A program made the position numbers and the translations under genes. Below the pieces are notes generated by a model. The model searched no databases, was not told the DNA's origin, and saw nothing but the letters and a program-made list of their open reading frames with translations. Shown one piece after another: positions 19,357 through 27,141 of a DNA stretch of 64,000 nucleotides; the first letter of the stretch is position 1; each line of letters opens with the position of its first letter. This stretch comes from a virus: positions 1 to 64,000 of IMG/VR virus record IMGVR_UViG_3300032241_000649; one strand, 5' to 3'.

Positions 19357-19815
19357 CTAAGCCTGTAGTATAGAGTTTACTACTGTTTTTAAGCCTGACT
19401 TGGTATTGCCTGGTACGCCTGACCATGGATAGCCATCTAGCTCGTCTCTTAGCCAATCACCTGTTGACCTGGCATTCTTCAGACTCTCCCATGTATCTTG
19501 ATCTATTCCATCATAGAAGATCCATGGTTGTGGCTTTCCCGTATCTTCAATCCATTTACCTTTGACTGTCTTACCTGGTCCTCTGAAGATTATGACTAGC
19601 AGCTGAGCTTTAGCATGGTATCCGCAGTAGTGAGCTCTAGGAGGCTTACCTGCCTCTGTCTTACTAGGAGCGACTATGTCTTCGAAGCCTTCCCCGAATA
19701 TTGCTGAGATTGATTGATACTCTTCAGCTGTACCGAACATAGCGATACCAAGAGCTTGCTTCTTCTCCATTTCATCAGGATTGACCTGTTTACCTACTGG
19801 TTTCCTTCTGGCCAT
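19357..19815 (-). CDS. KTSC-domain-like protein (second paralogue)
   Basis: GYHAKAQLLVIIF...YDGIDQDTWESLKNARSTGDWL. Confidence 0.6.
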   Translation of the reverse strand: MARRKPVGKQVNPDEMEKKQALGIAMFGTAEEYQSISAIFGEGFEDIVAPSKTEAGKPPRAHYCGYHAKAQLLVIIFRGPGKTVKGKWIEDTGKPQPWIFYDGIDQDTWESLKNARSTGDWLRDELDGYPWSGVPGNTKSGLKTVVNSILQA

Positions 19816-20211
19816 GTCTACCCTCGCAATCTCTAGCTAGTGATGGAACTACGTATACTTTACCACAGTACTGACATTGATACCTGTCCATGTTCGTATT
19901 CTACTGGCCACTGCCTTAGATGTCTGAGAGTCCCCCGAAATTTTTGCCTCACCATCTCTATGATCATAGAGAGAGCTTTCCCGCCTCCCAATTAGCAAAC
20001 TTGTTGCCTAAGTCACATTTTACTGTTACACGCATATCAAGTGTAGAACTTCTACATTTAGGCCACTGCTTAACCCAAAAATAGCCCACCAGTTTGTAAT
20101 GTCTGCCGATCTCGTGGGTAGCGAGGGGTTTAAGGGTAGGGGGGGTAAAATCATTTGTTACTTAGGTGTAAGCCACGAGGCGCAATCTAGATGAGAGAGT
20201 ATCTCTCCTGC

Positions 20212-20255
20212 TCCCCTACATGGTGCTAGGTGTGGTTCGATTCCACACTAGGGGG
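20212..20255 (+). ncRNA. tRNA-half-like element (acceptor-like stem plus T-arm only)
   Basis: TCCCCTA...GTGTGG-TTCGATT-CCACAC-TAGGGGG; no D or anticodon arm. Confidence 0.45.
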
Positions 20256-20299
20256 CGGGAACTAGGGAAGTGTAGTACCTAGTCCTAGAGAGGGACATC

Positions 20300-20827
20300 A
20301 TGTCCACATTAACAACACTCACCCCTGCTTCTGCCAACCTAGTTGGCGAGATAGTCGGAAAACTCAATAACCGCAAGGCTTGGGTTATTAACGACATCAT
20401 TGCTGTCTACAAGGCAGATAGCAACATTACCCCCGAACATCTTATGGTTGGGGTTAAGGGTACGCTCAACACCGGTGCTGTCTACTCTGCTTGGTATCAT
20501 CACAAGACAGGGATTGACCTCGGTATGCTCAACCTCGCTTGGGTAGGTAAGCGTTATCACCTACTCACAGCAGACTCAACTCTTGGCGCACAGATTACCG
20601 CGCTTAAAGAGGGAGAGGCTGCTGCTGTTCGCGCAGATAATGACGCGAAGATAAACAACGGAACTGCTACTGTCGAGGCTTTCGATAGTGTCGTATCCGC
20701 TTTCGCTTCTGCTGCTAAGGCTCCTGTATCAGGTAACCCAGCAGTAGGCGCAAAGATAGCAGAGATGGAACTCGCTCTTGCTTCACTCAAGGCTAAGTAC
20801 CTTGATGCTGTAGCAGTAGGCGCGTAG
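20300..20827 (+). CDS. Hypothetical protein, first gene of the plus-strand region
   Basis: 175 aa, GAGAGGG RBS, Ala-rich C-terminus. Confidence 0.75.
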   Translation: MSTLTTLTPASANLVGEIVGKLNNRKAWVINDIIAVYKADSNITPEHLMVGVKGTLNTGAVYSAWYHHKTGIDLGMLNLAWVGKRYHLLTADSTLGAQITALKEGEAAAVRADNDAKINNGTATVEAFDSVVSAFASAAKAPVSGNPAVGAKIAEMELALASLKAKYLDAVAVGA

Positions 20828-20975
20828 TCTCCTGCTGGCGTAGTGGAATAGTCGGGGTAACCCCCCGACTATTTCGCTATGTCCGCAAGGGCATAAGGTA
20901 GGAGAGTCTGGCTCAACCCAGCACGCAGGGCTATGGAAGGTGAGTACACCAATCGTTAGCCCGTCCAGCAGGAGA
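20828..20975 (+). ncRNA. Candidate structured RNA module 1
   Basis: 11 bp closing helix TCTCCTGCTGG/CCAGCAGGAGA enclosing a ~19 bp hairpin and smaller stems. Confidence 0.5.
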
Positions 20976-21102
20976 GTACTCTGCTCATCACCAACACAAA
21001 CAATCAGGCCACTGGCTATGTGGCTATACGTCTGTCCAGCCGTAAGACCAAGTCTAGACGGCTATGGTTTGGCTATTATCAGGTATCAACAGGAGGTTAA
21101 TT

Positions 21103-21204
21103 ATGTCTATTCTAGACCCTATGCAATCAGGTCTGCCTATCACCATTCTATGGCTAGGTGGTTCTCTTCTATTCGCCTATGCCATATTTGGAGGCAAGAA
21201 ATGA
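21103..21204 (+). CDS. Small membrane peptide (33 aa, not in track)
   Basis: AGGAGG RBS; MSILDPMQSGLPITILWLGGSLLFAYAIFGGKK. Confidence 0.6.
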   Translation: MSILDPMQSGLPITILWLGGSLLFAYAIFGGKK

Positions 21205-21341
21205 TTATTACCAAGACTACTAAGACCATCAGGCTTACCAAGCCTTGTGGGTGTTCTATCTCTCTATCTATTCATCAGTTGTTTATAGATGGAATACTTC
21301 AGAGTTCCCCCGAAAATGTGAAGGAATTGTCCTATGCATGA
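21201..21341 (+). CDS. Small hypothetical protein (3' part of track ORF 20940..21341)
   Basis: GGAGG RBS and ATGA coupling. Confidence 0.45.
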   Translation: MIITKTTKTIRLTKPCGCSISLSIHQLFIDGILQSSPENVKELSYA

Positions 21342-21558
21342 GATTGAGGACATTGAGGACTTTATTGACCTGAGCAAGGCAACCTATAAATTGCAGTGGT
21401 ATGAGAAAGAGGTCATAGAGTTACGCTTTAGCACAGAGGGCAAAAGACCCATGTCCTTTGAGCAGATAGGTAAGAAAATGGGTATAAGTACAGGCATGGC
21501 TAAGCGTATCTATACAGAGGCTATAGCAGCGCTGGCAGAGTCAATGAAGGAGAAATAA
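21334..21558 (+). CDS. Stand-alone sigma-70 region-4 HTH protein
   Basis: EKEVIELRF...MSFEQIGKKMGISTGMAKRIYTEAIAAL. Confidence 0.75.
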   Translation: MHEIEDIEDFIDLSKATYKLQWYEKEVIELRFSTEGKRPMSFEQIGKKMGISTGMAKRIYTEAIAALAESMKEK

Positions 21559-21560
21559 TA

Positions 21561-21767
21561 ATGGCTAATTGTATCTACTGTGGCAATGAGTTTGCCCAAG
21601 CAAGGCTAGATGCTGGCTATCCATACTGTATGGACAAGACATGTGTCACTAAGGGCATTTCTGGCCGTATGGCTGAGTTCAGGCTTATTCTCATGCCCAA
21701 GCAAGGCTTTACCTATGTCTATAGTGATAGTCCTGATCTATTGAATGGTAAGAGTTCAGGTAGGTAA
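21561..21767 (+). CDS. Small Zn-finger protein (DksA/TraR C4-like spacing)
   Basis: CIYCG...ARLDAGYPYCMDKTC. Confidence 0.55.
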   Translation: MANCIYCGNEFAQARLDAGYPYCMDKTCVTKGISGRMAEFRLILMPKQGFTYVYSDSPDLLNGKSSGR

Positions 21768-21780
21768 GTCCCCCGCGAAA

Positions 21781-21877
21781 TGTGGGCGGTGAAAGATACA
21801 CAGTTGGGCACCCTTCGACCTCTTAGGAGGCAATCAAGTGACTTGTGCATTCCGCTGTGTATCTCTCACTTCCCACA
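21781..21877 (+). ncRNA. Candidate structured RNA module 2
   Basis: Long interrupted helix TGTGGG..GTGA.AGATACACAG / CTGTGTATCT.TCAC..CCCACA. Confidence 0.45.
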
Positions 21878-21907
21878 AGGAAGTAAACCCTCTATGAAAG
21901 GAGAAAC

Positions 21908-22016
21908 AATGCTGTTCGTATTCATTATGGCAGTAGTCATGCTGGTCTTTGCTTATGCCATCATTGACAAGCAGTACAAAATTGAACGCGAGTACATGGA
22001 GTCGGGCAATGAGTAA
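21908..22016 (+). CDS. Small membrane peptide
   Basis: AAAGGAG RBS before MLFVFIMAVVMLVFAYAII; start coordinate approximate. Confidence 0.5.
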
Positions 22017-22350
22017 GGGCCCAACACAAACATTCCTGCAGGTCATAGTTGATTGGCAAGACGCGTCTCTATGCACGCAGACTGACCCCGATTTATTCTT
22101 TGCTGCTGACAATGAGCGTGGACGAGCCAAGAATGAGCGTATAGCTCAGGCTAAGGCTATTTGTAATCAGTGCCCAGTAATACTAAACTGTTTACAACGT
22201 GCTGTATATACCAATGATGCCTATGCAATCATGGGCGGTACAACACCTGAAGAGCGCGGTCATTTAAATGACGGCTCAGGCAAGATGACAACCAGTTGGT
22301 CATTGGAGACCATATTGGCTAACAAGGCGAAGGAGGCAGTAAATGCTTGA
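22009..22350 (+). CDS. whiB: WhiB-family Fe-S transcription factor (1)
   Basis: WQDASLC...DPDLFF...CNQCPVILNC...AIMGGTTPEER. Confidence 0.88.
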   Translation: MSKGPTQTFLQVIVDWQDASLCTQTDPDLFFAADNERGRAKNERIAQAKAICNQCPVILNCLQRAVYTNDAYAIMGGTTPEERGHLNDGSGKMTTSWSLETILANKAKEAVNA

Positions 22351-22489
22351 TGAAAATAGACTACAAGAACTAATGGCTATCTCTGAGCAGATCAATTCAG
22401 TACAGGCTAAGTTGGCTGAGATCTATGCTGAGATACATGTGTATAAGTTAATCGGTGAAATCCTAGAGAAGATTGGAGAGTCCAAGTGA
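22343..22489 (+). CDS. Small coiled-coil protein (not in track)
   Basis: AAGGAGG RBS; MLDENRLQELMAISEQ... Confidence 0.55.
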   Translation: MLDENRLQELMAISEQINSVQAKLAEIYAEIHVYKLIGEILEKIGESK

Positions 22490-22623
22490 GCAAAGCAACA
22501 GAGTTTACAGTTGGCAGTAAATGGGTATCTATTGGTGTAAGCAAGCGATTTGGCATTGGCTTCTACATAGATAGGTATTCTATGGGCATAGACTTTCTAT
22601 GCTTCTGGTTCTGTATTGAATAG
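22486..22623 (+). CDS. Small hydrophobic protein (not in track)
   Basis: GTGA coupling; MSKATEFTVGSKW...FWFCIE. Confidence 0.5.
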   Translation: MSKATEFTVGSKWVSIGVSKRFGIGFYIDRYSMGIDFLCFWFCIE

Positions 22624-22628
22624 TGTTT

Positions 22629-23031
22629 AGTGAGCACGCTCAGTGCCGTTTCCACTGAGCAGGCGGGGAAGTTGAGGGGCTTCCCCGCCATTTCTATGCC
22701 ATGCGATAGGTACATGCTATGTATCTATCGGATTGCATAGCCAATCTAGCGGTAAGACATGGACAACATGTAAGCAGTAAGGAATGACGGTTGCTAAGGC
22801 TTGTAAGGAAATTAACCCGAGAAAAGCTGAACCCCTGATTCGGACCCTTTATTCTCGACAGACTTCGTGGGCTGTCACAATACTGGCTCGCTATTGAGTC
22901 TTAAACAAATGTCTCTATCCGTAACTCACATAGTATGGGGAGTATAAACCATGCAAGCAAGTTGGTTTCTACAGTTCTTCCTTAGGTAAAAGAACTCCTC
23001 ACCTGAGCAGGTGAAGGCTAAACTGCTCACT
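22629..23031 (+). ncRNA. Candidate ~400 nt structured RNA module 3
   Basis: No track ORF; successive hairpins at 22638-22660, 22662-22689, 22704-22730; possible pseudoknot at 22999-23029; ends complementary (AGTGAGCA/TGCTCACT). Confidence 0.5.
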
Positions 23032-23050
23032 CTTAATAGAAAGGATAGAA

Positions 23051-23221
23051 ATGTCACCAACACAAACAACAACAACCACCCTCAACCGAATGATCTTCAT
23101 TGTGGAAGCCCAACTGTTTCATGGGCTAACACGCAAGGAAGCATTAGCCTTAGCGGCTGATGAGATGGACACTCTATACGATCGTGTAGAGACAATAACA
23201 ACCTCCGAAAGGGGCCTATAA
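23051..23221 (+). CDS. Small hypothetical protein (not in track)
   Basis: AGAAAGGA RBS; MSPTQTTTTTLNRMIF... Confidence 0.55.
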   Translation: MSPTQTTTTTLNRMIFIVEAQLFHGLTRKEALALAADEMDTLYDRVETITTSERGL

Positions 23222-23222
23222 A

Positions 23223-23489
23223 ATGGCAAAAGGTAAAGCAACAACACCACAGGTAAATACTGCTGGTGACCGCAAGAATGGCAAGGCACGTAAGAAAAAC
23301 CCCGGCCCTGCTACAACAGAGAAGACCAACTTCACACACGTGAATGGTCGCACAGCTGAAAGCAATGCCAAGCGTGAGGCTTGGAAGGCTGCTGGTGGTC
23401 GTTGGGATCACAAGTCTATCCCTCATTGGAAGACAGGCAAGGTCTACAATCCACAGGCTGTATCACTAGTGGGTAAGTCACTAGTATGA
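23223..23489 (+). CDS. Basic hypothetical protein
   Basis: 88 aa, K/G-rich. Confidence 0.65.
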   Translation: MAKGKATTPQVNTAGDRKNGKARKKNPGPATTEKTNFTHVNGRTAESNAKREAWKAAGGRWDHKSIPHWKTGKVYNPQAVSLVGKSLV

Positions 23490-23758
23490 GCAAGAAGATT
23501 AAGCGTAAGCAACTGATCAAGATGTTGGAGGCTAAGTTAGCTGAGGCTGAGTTAGACCTGCAATACGAAGATCATCAGCACAGTCGTGCATATCACACTG
23601 GATTAATTGACGGACTAGGTGAAGCCCTAGTACTGTTGCGCCCAGAATCACGCCGTCTACCTATCACCATTGCATGGTATCAGGAAGACGAGCCAACACA
23701 AACAATGGCGCTAGAGCGTCAGCGTGAGTATATATTCGAAACTATGGAGGCATCGTGA
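23486..23758 (+). CDS. Hypothetical protein
   Basis: ATGA coupling. Confidence 0.6.
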   Translation: MSKKIKRKQLIKMLEAKLAEAELDLQYEDHQHSRAYHTGLIDGLGEALVLLRPESRRLPITIAWYQEDEPTQTMALERQREYIFETMEAS

Positions 23759-24489
23759 CTTGGAAACTTCATACATACGATTACTGGTCTACCTACTTAG
23801 ATGGTGGTCGTAAAAAATACATGCGCCCACTTTATGAGTATGGAATGGTAATTGAAAAAGCCAACCATTGGCAACCTGCTGGTAGTGACCTACAAATCAA
23901 AGCAAGATGGGCAGCTAACCTACCATTTATTACAGTACACAATGATGATTCATTTACTCTACAAGGTGGCACTGTTAATAGTTTCTGGGGTGGCAACTAC
24001 GACATCATAAAATCACAGGGTATACGCTATCGCATGTGGAAGTACACAGGCATACGCGTATTTCAAAAGAACTATCAAATTAGAGTTCTTGAGTTAGACC
24101 CTGCACGTACACCATCTAAGATACAAGGCTGTCGGCGTTGTGCTCAGACAGGCTTAGTAGATGGTTGGTGTAGTCCACCAACTTGTTATGATGGTAGTAG
24201 AGATGATCAAGGCGTGTTCTCATGTCCTACACATCCAGATGCTACCCAGACTAATGGCTACAGACAATGGCATCAACTTCCATGTTCACACGGAGGTATA
24301 GATGGTCATTCAGTAAAACGCGGTAATACATGCTATTCGTGCAGTGGCACAGGCAAGCGCGAATATGGCAACAATCCGATTTCTTTACCATGGGATGGTT
24401 CCCCTCTTAGGGTAAAGGATAGAAAGATAGTCCCGATAACAACGTCAGGACTAATTAACTTAGAAAGGTTGGTCGCACAATATGCTTGA
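23755..24489 (+). CDS. Cys-rich protein with DnaJ-like CxxCxGxG Zn motif
   Basis: CRRCAQTG...CYSCSGTG. Confidence 0.6.
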   Translation: MTWKLHTYDYWSTYLDGGRKKYMRPLYEYGMVIEKANHWQPAGSDLQIKARWAANLPFITVHNDDSFTLQGGTVNSFWGGNYDIIKSQGIRYRMWKYTGIRVFQKNYQIRVLELDPARTPSKIQGCRRCAQTGLVDGWCSPPTCYDGSRDDQGVFSCPTHPDATQTNGYRQWHQLPCSHGGIDGHSVKRGNTCYSCSGTGKREYGNNPISLPWDGSPLRVKDRKIVPITTSGLINLERLVAQYA

Positions 24490-24991
24490 GGGCTACTCAG
24501 TAAAGTACAACCCAAGTACACTCATCACTGATAAAACAATCATGGGCAGTACTGATCACATTCAGGCTTCCAATGTATTGACTCGTTCTTTAATGCCACA
24601 TACTTTATTGGATGTGACATCTAAGAGCGTTCATTATAGAGATGCTATCATCGCACATATCTCTAACAATGCAGACAATGAGCATAAAGCAAACGCTCTT
24701 AATATCCTAGTTGAAGCAATCCAATCTACACCAGATGGAGACCCAATGCTTCAGGGATACAGCGAGTATGCAGCAGCCATTGCATTGTTACTAGATAGTA
24801 CTGATGTTGCGTCTAAGATAATTGCACGCAATGAACGAAGTAGTGCTAGTAGTTTCTTAACTACTCTTGCTACAGTTATTGCTAGGAAGATTGAGACAGC
24901 CCAATTCAAGGGCATGGTTGAAGCTTCTGGTGCAGCTGCTACACAGCAATGGGTAATGGTTGACCGCCCAACGCTATTCCCAAATGACTAA
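24482..24991 (+). CDS. Hypothetical helical protein
   Basis: 169 aa, AGAAAGG RBS. Confidence 0.65.
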   Translation: MLEGYSVKYNPSTLITDKTIMGSTDHIQASNVLTRSLMPHTLLDVTSKSVHYRDAIIAHISNNADNEHKANALNILVEAIQSTPDGDPMLQGYSEYAAAIALLLDSTDVASKIIARNERSSASSFLTTLATVIARKIETAQFKGMVEASGAAATQQWVMVDRPTLFPND

Positions 24992-25015
24992 CCAACACAA
25001 ACAAACGGGGGGCAT

Positions 25016-25312
25016 ATGTCAGAAGAAATAAAGAAAAGACCAAAGGATACCGCAAACGATATTATCTCTTGTGGTAACTGTGGTCGTCGTATCCAACCTC
25101 ATCAAGCCAGTACCGAGGTGTTTAACACTCGTCACAAAGGCTATGAACATTACCATGAGTCATATCTTGGTTGCTACGAATCAACACGTGAGTCTGGTAA
25201 AAAAGTGGTTCTTAACCGCTACAAGCCATGGCTTCACAACATCTACAACGATCCATCCGAACCTGTTGATGATGGTGCTAAATACACCAACATCATTGAC
25301 AAAATCAAATAG
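25016..25312 (+). CDS. Zn-binding hypothetical protein
   Basis: CGNC...H...C. Confidence 0.55.
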   Translation: MSEEIKKRPKDTANDIISCGNCGRRIQPHQASTEVFNTRHKGYEHYHESYLGCYESTRESGKKVVLNRYKPWLHNIYNDPSEPVDDGAKYTNIIDKIK

Positions 25313-25315
25313 ATA

Positions 25316-25481
25316 ATGTTAGGCTGGCTAAGCCAACCGCGAGCATACTTCATGTACACCTAGACCCTAGTACCCAATTAAACCAGCCACAGAGGAACAG
25401 TTCTGTGCGACGTAGGTTGAGGCAACAGTGATGGTAAGCCCTGCAGTCCCTGTAAGCACTGGAGGTAAGCCAGCCTAATAT
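25316..25481 (+). ncRNA. Candidate structured RNA module 4
   Basis: 14 bp closing helix ATGTTAGGCTGGCT/AGCCAGCCTAATAT with internal stems. Confidence 0.5.
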
Positions 25482-25499
25482 CTAATAAAGGAGAGCAAC

Positions 25500-25736
25500 A
25501 TGTGTCATGAATGTTATGACGAAGAACAACCCGAGTTTTCATTAGAGATGATCCCTGAGGAAGACCGCGAGGATTTTTTAGACTTCACCTGTGAACAGTT
25601 TGGCGTAGTAATTAACGCTGCTGTTACTAATGATATCTTGTTTGAACTAATCACTGAATGGCCTGCTGAGAAGCAAGCAATGTTCACGTTAGCTAGCGTT
25701 CTTCAAGGAAGAGTCTTTGGAGATAACAACGAATAA
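25500..25736 (+). CDS. Small acidic protein
   Basis: AAAGGAG RBS. Confidence 0.6.
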   Translation: MCHECYDEEQPEFSLEMIPEEDREDFLDFTCEQFGVVINAAVTNDILFELITEWPAEKQAMFTLASVLQGRVFGDNNE

Positions 25737-25746
25737 AGGAGAGCAA

Positions 25747-27132
25747 ATGGAGATAGCAATCTTCACCGAATCATATGAGCCCTCTATGGGAGCACATCGC
25801 CGTCAGGTATTGATGGCTCCTCATGATGGTGGAGTACGTGTCTATTCACGCAAAACTGATGGCACTAAAGGTCATGGTAGCGCGTGGGTTGAGACTGATC
25901 TTGAAGAGTTGGTCACTGAGATCAACCCTAACGAACAGTTGACACGCACACCAAGTGGTGTGTACGTTACACCCTTAGATGAAAAAGCAATAACAACCAA
26001 AGGATATTCCCCAGTGTTGTGCACTAAAGCGTGCTCAGCACATGCTAAGGCTGGTCCTAATACAGAAACAAAAACACTCGTGGAAACTATCTACGATGTG
26101 TACACACGCATACTAGGAGGAGATGACACCTTGGATACATATGTCAAAGACAATCGCTCAGCAACTAGCAGTACTGTCCCGTTGATAGTACAGCCAGTGC
26201 ATGAGCTTCCAACACAAACAACCGCCCAGCCAGCATTCAACGTATCGTTGGCCACAGTGCCTCCAATGAAGTTGGCTGAACGTTATGTACATCGTAAGGT
26301 CTACGGAGTTGAAGACTTCAAAACATTCGATACAGCACGTGCTAAAGGCATCAACGTTCTTATCTACGGTCCAACAGGTCCCGGTAAGACTACAGCAGTC
26401 GAAGCATGGGCTGCTGAACGCAATCTACGCATGGCTACAGTATCTGGTAACGCGTCTATGGAATCCCGCCAGTTATTCGGTGGCTTCATTCCTGATGGCA
26501 ATGGTGGCTATGGATGGATTGACGGTCCTGTCACAGACGTAGTTCGTAATGGTGGTGTTTTACTCCTAGACGAGTTCAACTTCATCAGTCCTAAGATCTA
26601 CACAACACTCTATCCATTGACTGACGGTCGTCGTACGATCACATTGCTAGATCACATGGGCGAGACAATCGTTGCTCACCCTGACCTAACAATCTTCGCT
26701 ACTATGAATCCTGATTACATTGGTACTACACCGCTTAACTTTGCTATGCGTAACCGCTTTGACATTCAACTGTCATGGGATTACGATGACGCAGTGGAAT
26801 CAAAGCTAATCTCATCCAAGTCTTTGCTACTAATCGCTAAGCAATTGCGTGCGGAAGCAGCCAAGGGTCAGTATGAGACTCCAATCTCAACTAACATGCT
26901 CATTGAAATTGCTGACTTCATCAATGATGATGATCTTGGCTATGAGTTTGCTATTGAGAACTTCATCGCTCACTTCAGTGCAGACGAGCAGCCATCTGTT
27001 CGTTTGGTATTCCAAACACACGAACACAATATCAAGCAGGACTTCGGTATGGAAGTTGAAATTGAGCTTGAGAAAGACGCTGACGTGTCACCTGAAGATC
27101 TAATGAACAAATGGTTAACCAACACAAACTAA
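25747..27132 (+). CDS. MoxR/CbbQ/CobS-type AAA+ ATPase with N-terminal extension
   Basis: GPTGPGKT, LLLDEFN, ATMNP...Y.GT..LN.A..NRF. Confidence 0.88.
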   Translation: MEIAIFTESYEPSMGAHRRQVLMAPHDGGVRVYSRKTDGTKGHGSAWVETDLEELVTEINPNEQLTRTPSGVYVTPLDEKAITTKGYSPVLCTKACSAHAKAGPNTETKTLVETIYDVYTRILGGDDTLDTYVKDNRSATSSTVPLIVQPVHELPTQTTAQPAFNVSLATVPPMKLAERYVHRKVYGVEDFKTFDTARAKGINVLIYGPTGPGKTTAVEAWAAERNLRMATVSGNASMESRQLFGGFIPDGNGGYGWIDGPVTDVVRNGGVLLLDEFNFISPKIYTTLYPLTDGRRTITLLDHMGETIVAHPDLTIFATMNPDYIGTTPLNFAMRNRFDIQLSWDYDDAVESKLISSKSLLLIAKQLRAEAAKGQYETPISTNMLIEIADFINDDDLGYEFAIENFIAHFSADEQPSVRLVFQTHEHNIKQDFGMEVEIELEKDADVSPEDLMNKWLTNTN

Positions 27133-27141
27133 GGGGGTAAC

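Noticed and set aside
20200-20270. A complete tRNA gene
   Set aside because: No D arm, anticodon arm or CCA end; kept only as a tRNA-like element.
21334-21558. Sigma-4 protein as a decoy for WhiB proteins
   Set aside because: It lacks the C-terminal His-Pro of SigA region 4 that Wbl proteins contact.
25316-25481. Twister or hammerhead ribozyme
   Set aside because: Some fragments (TAA, AAGCCC, GTCCC, GGAGG) are reminiscent, but their order and pairing do not match the consensus.
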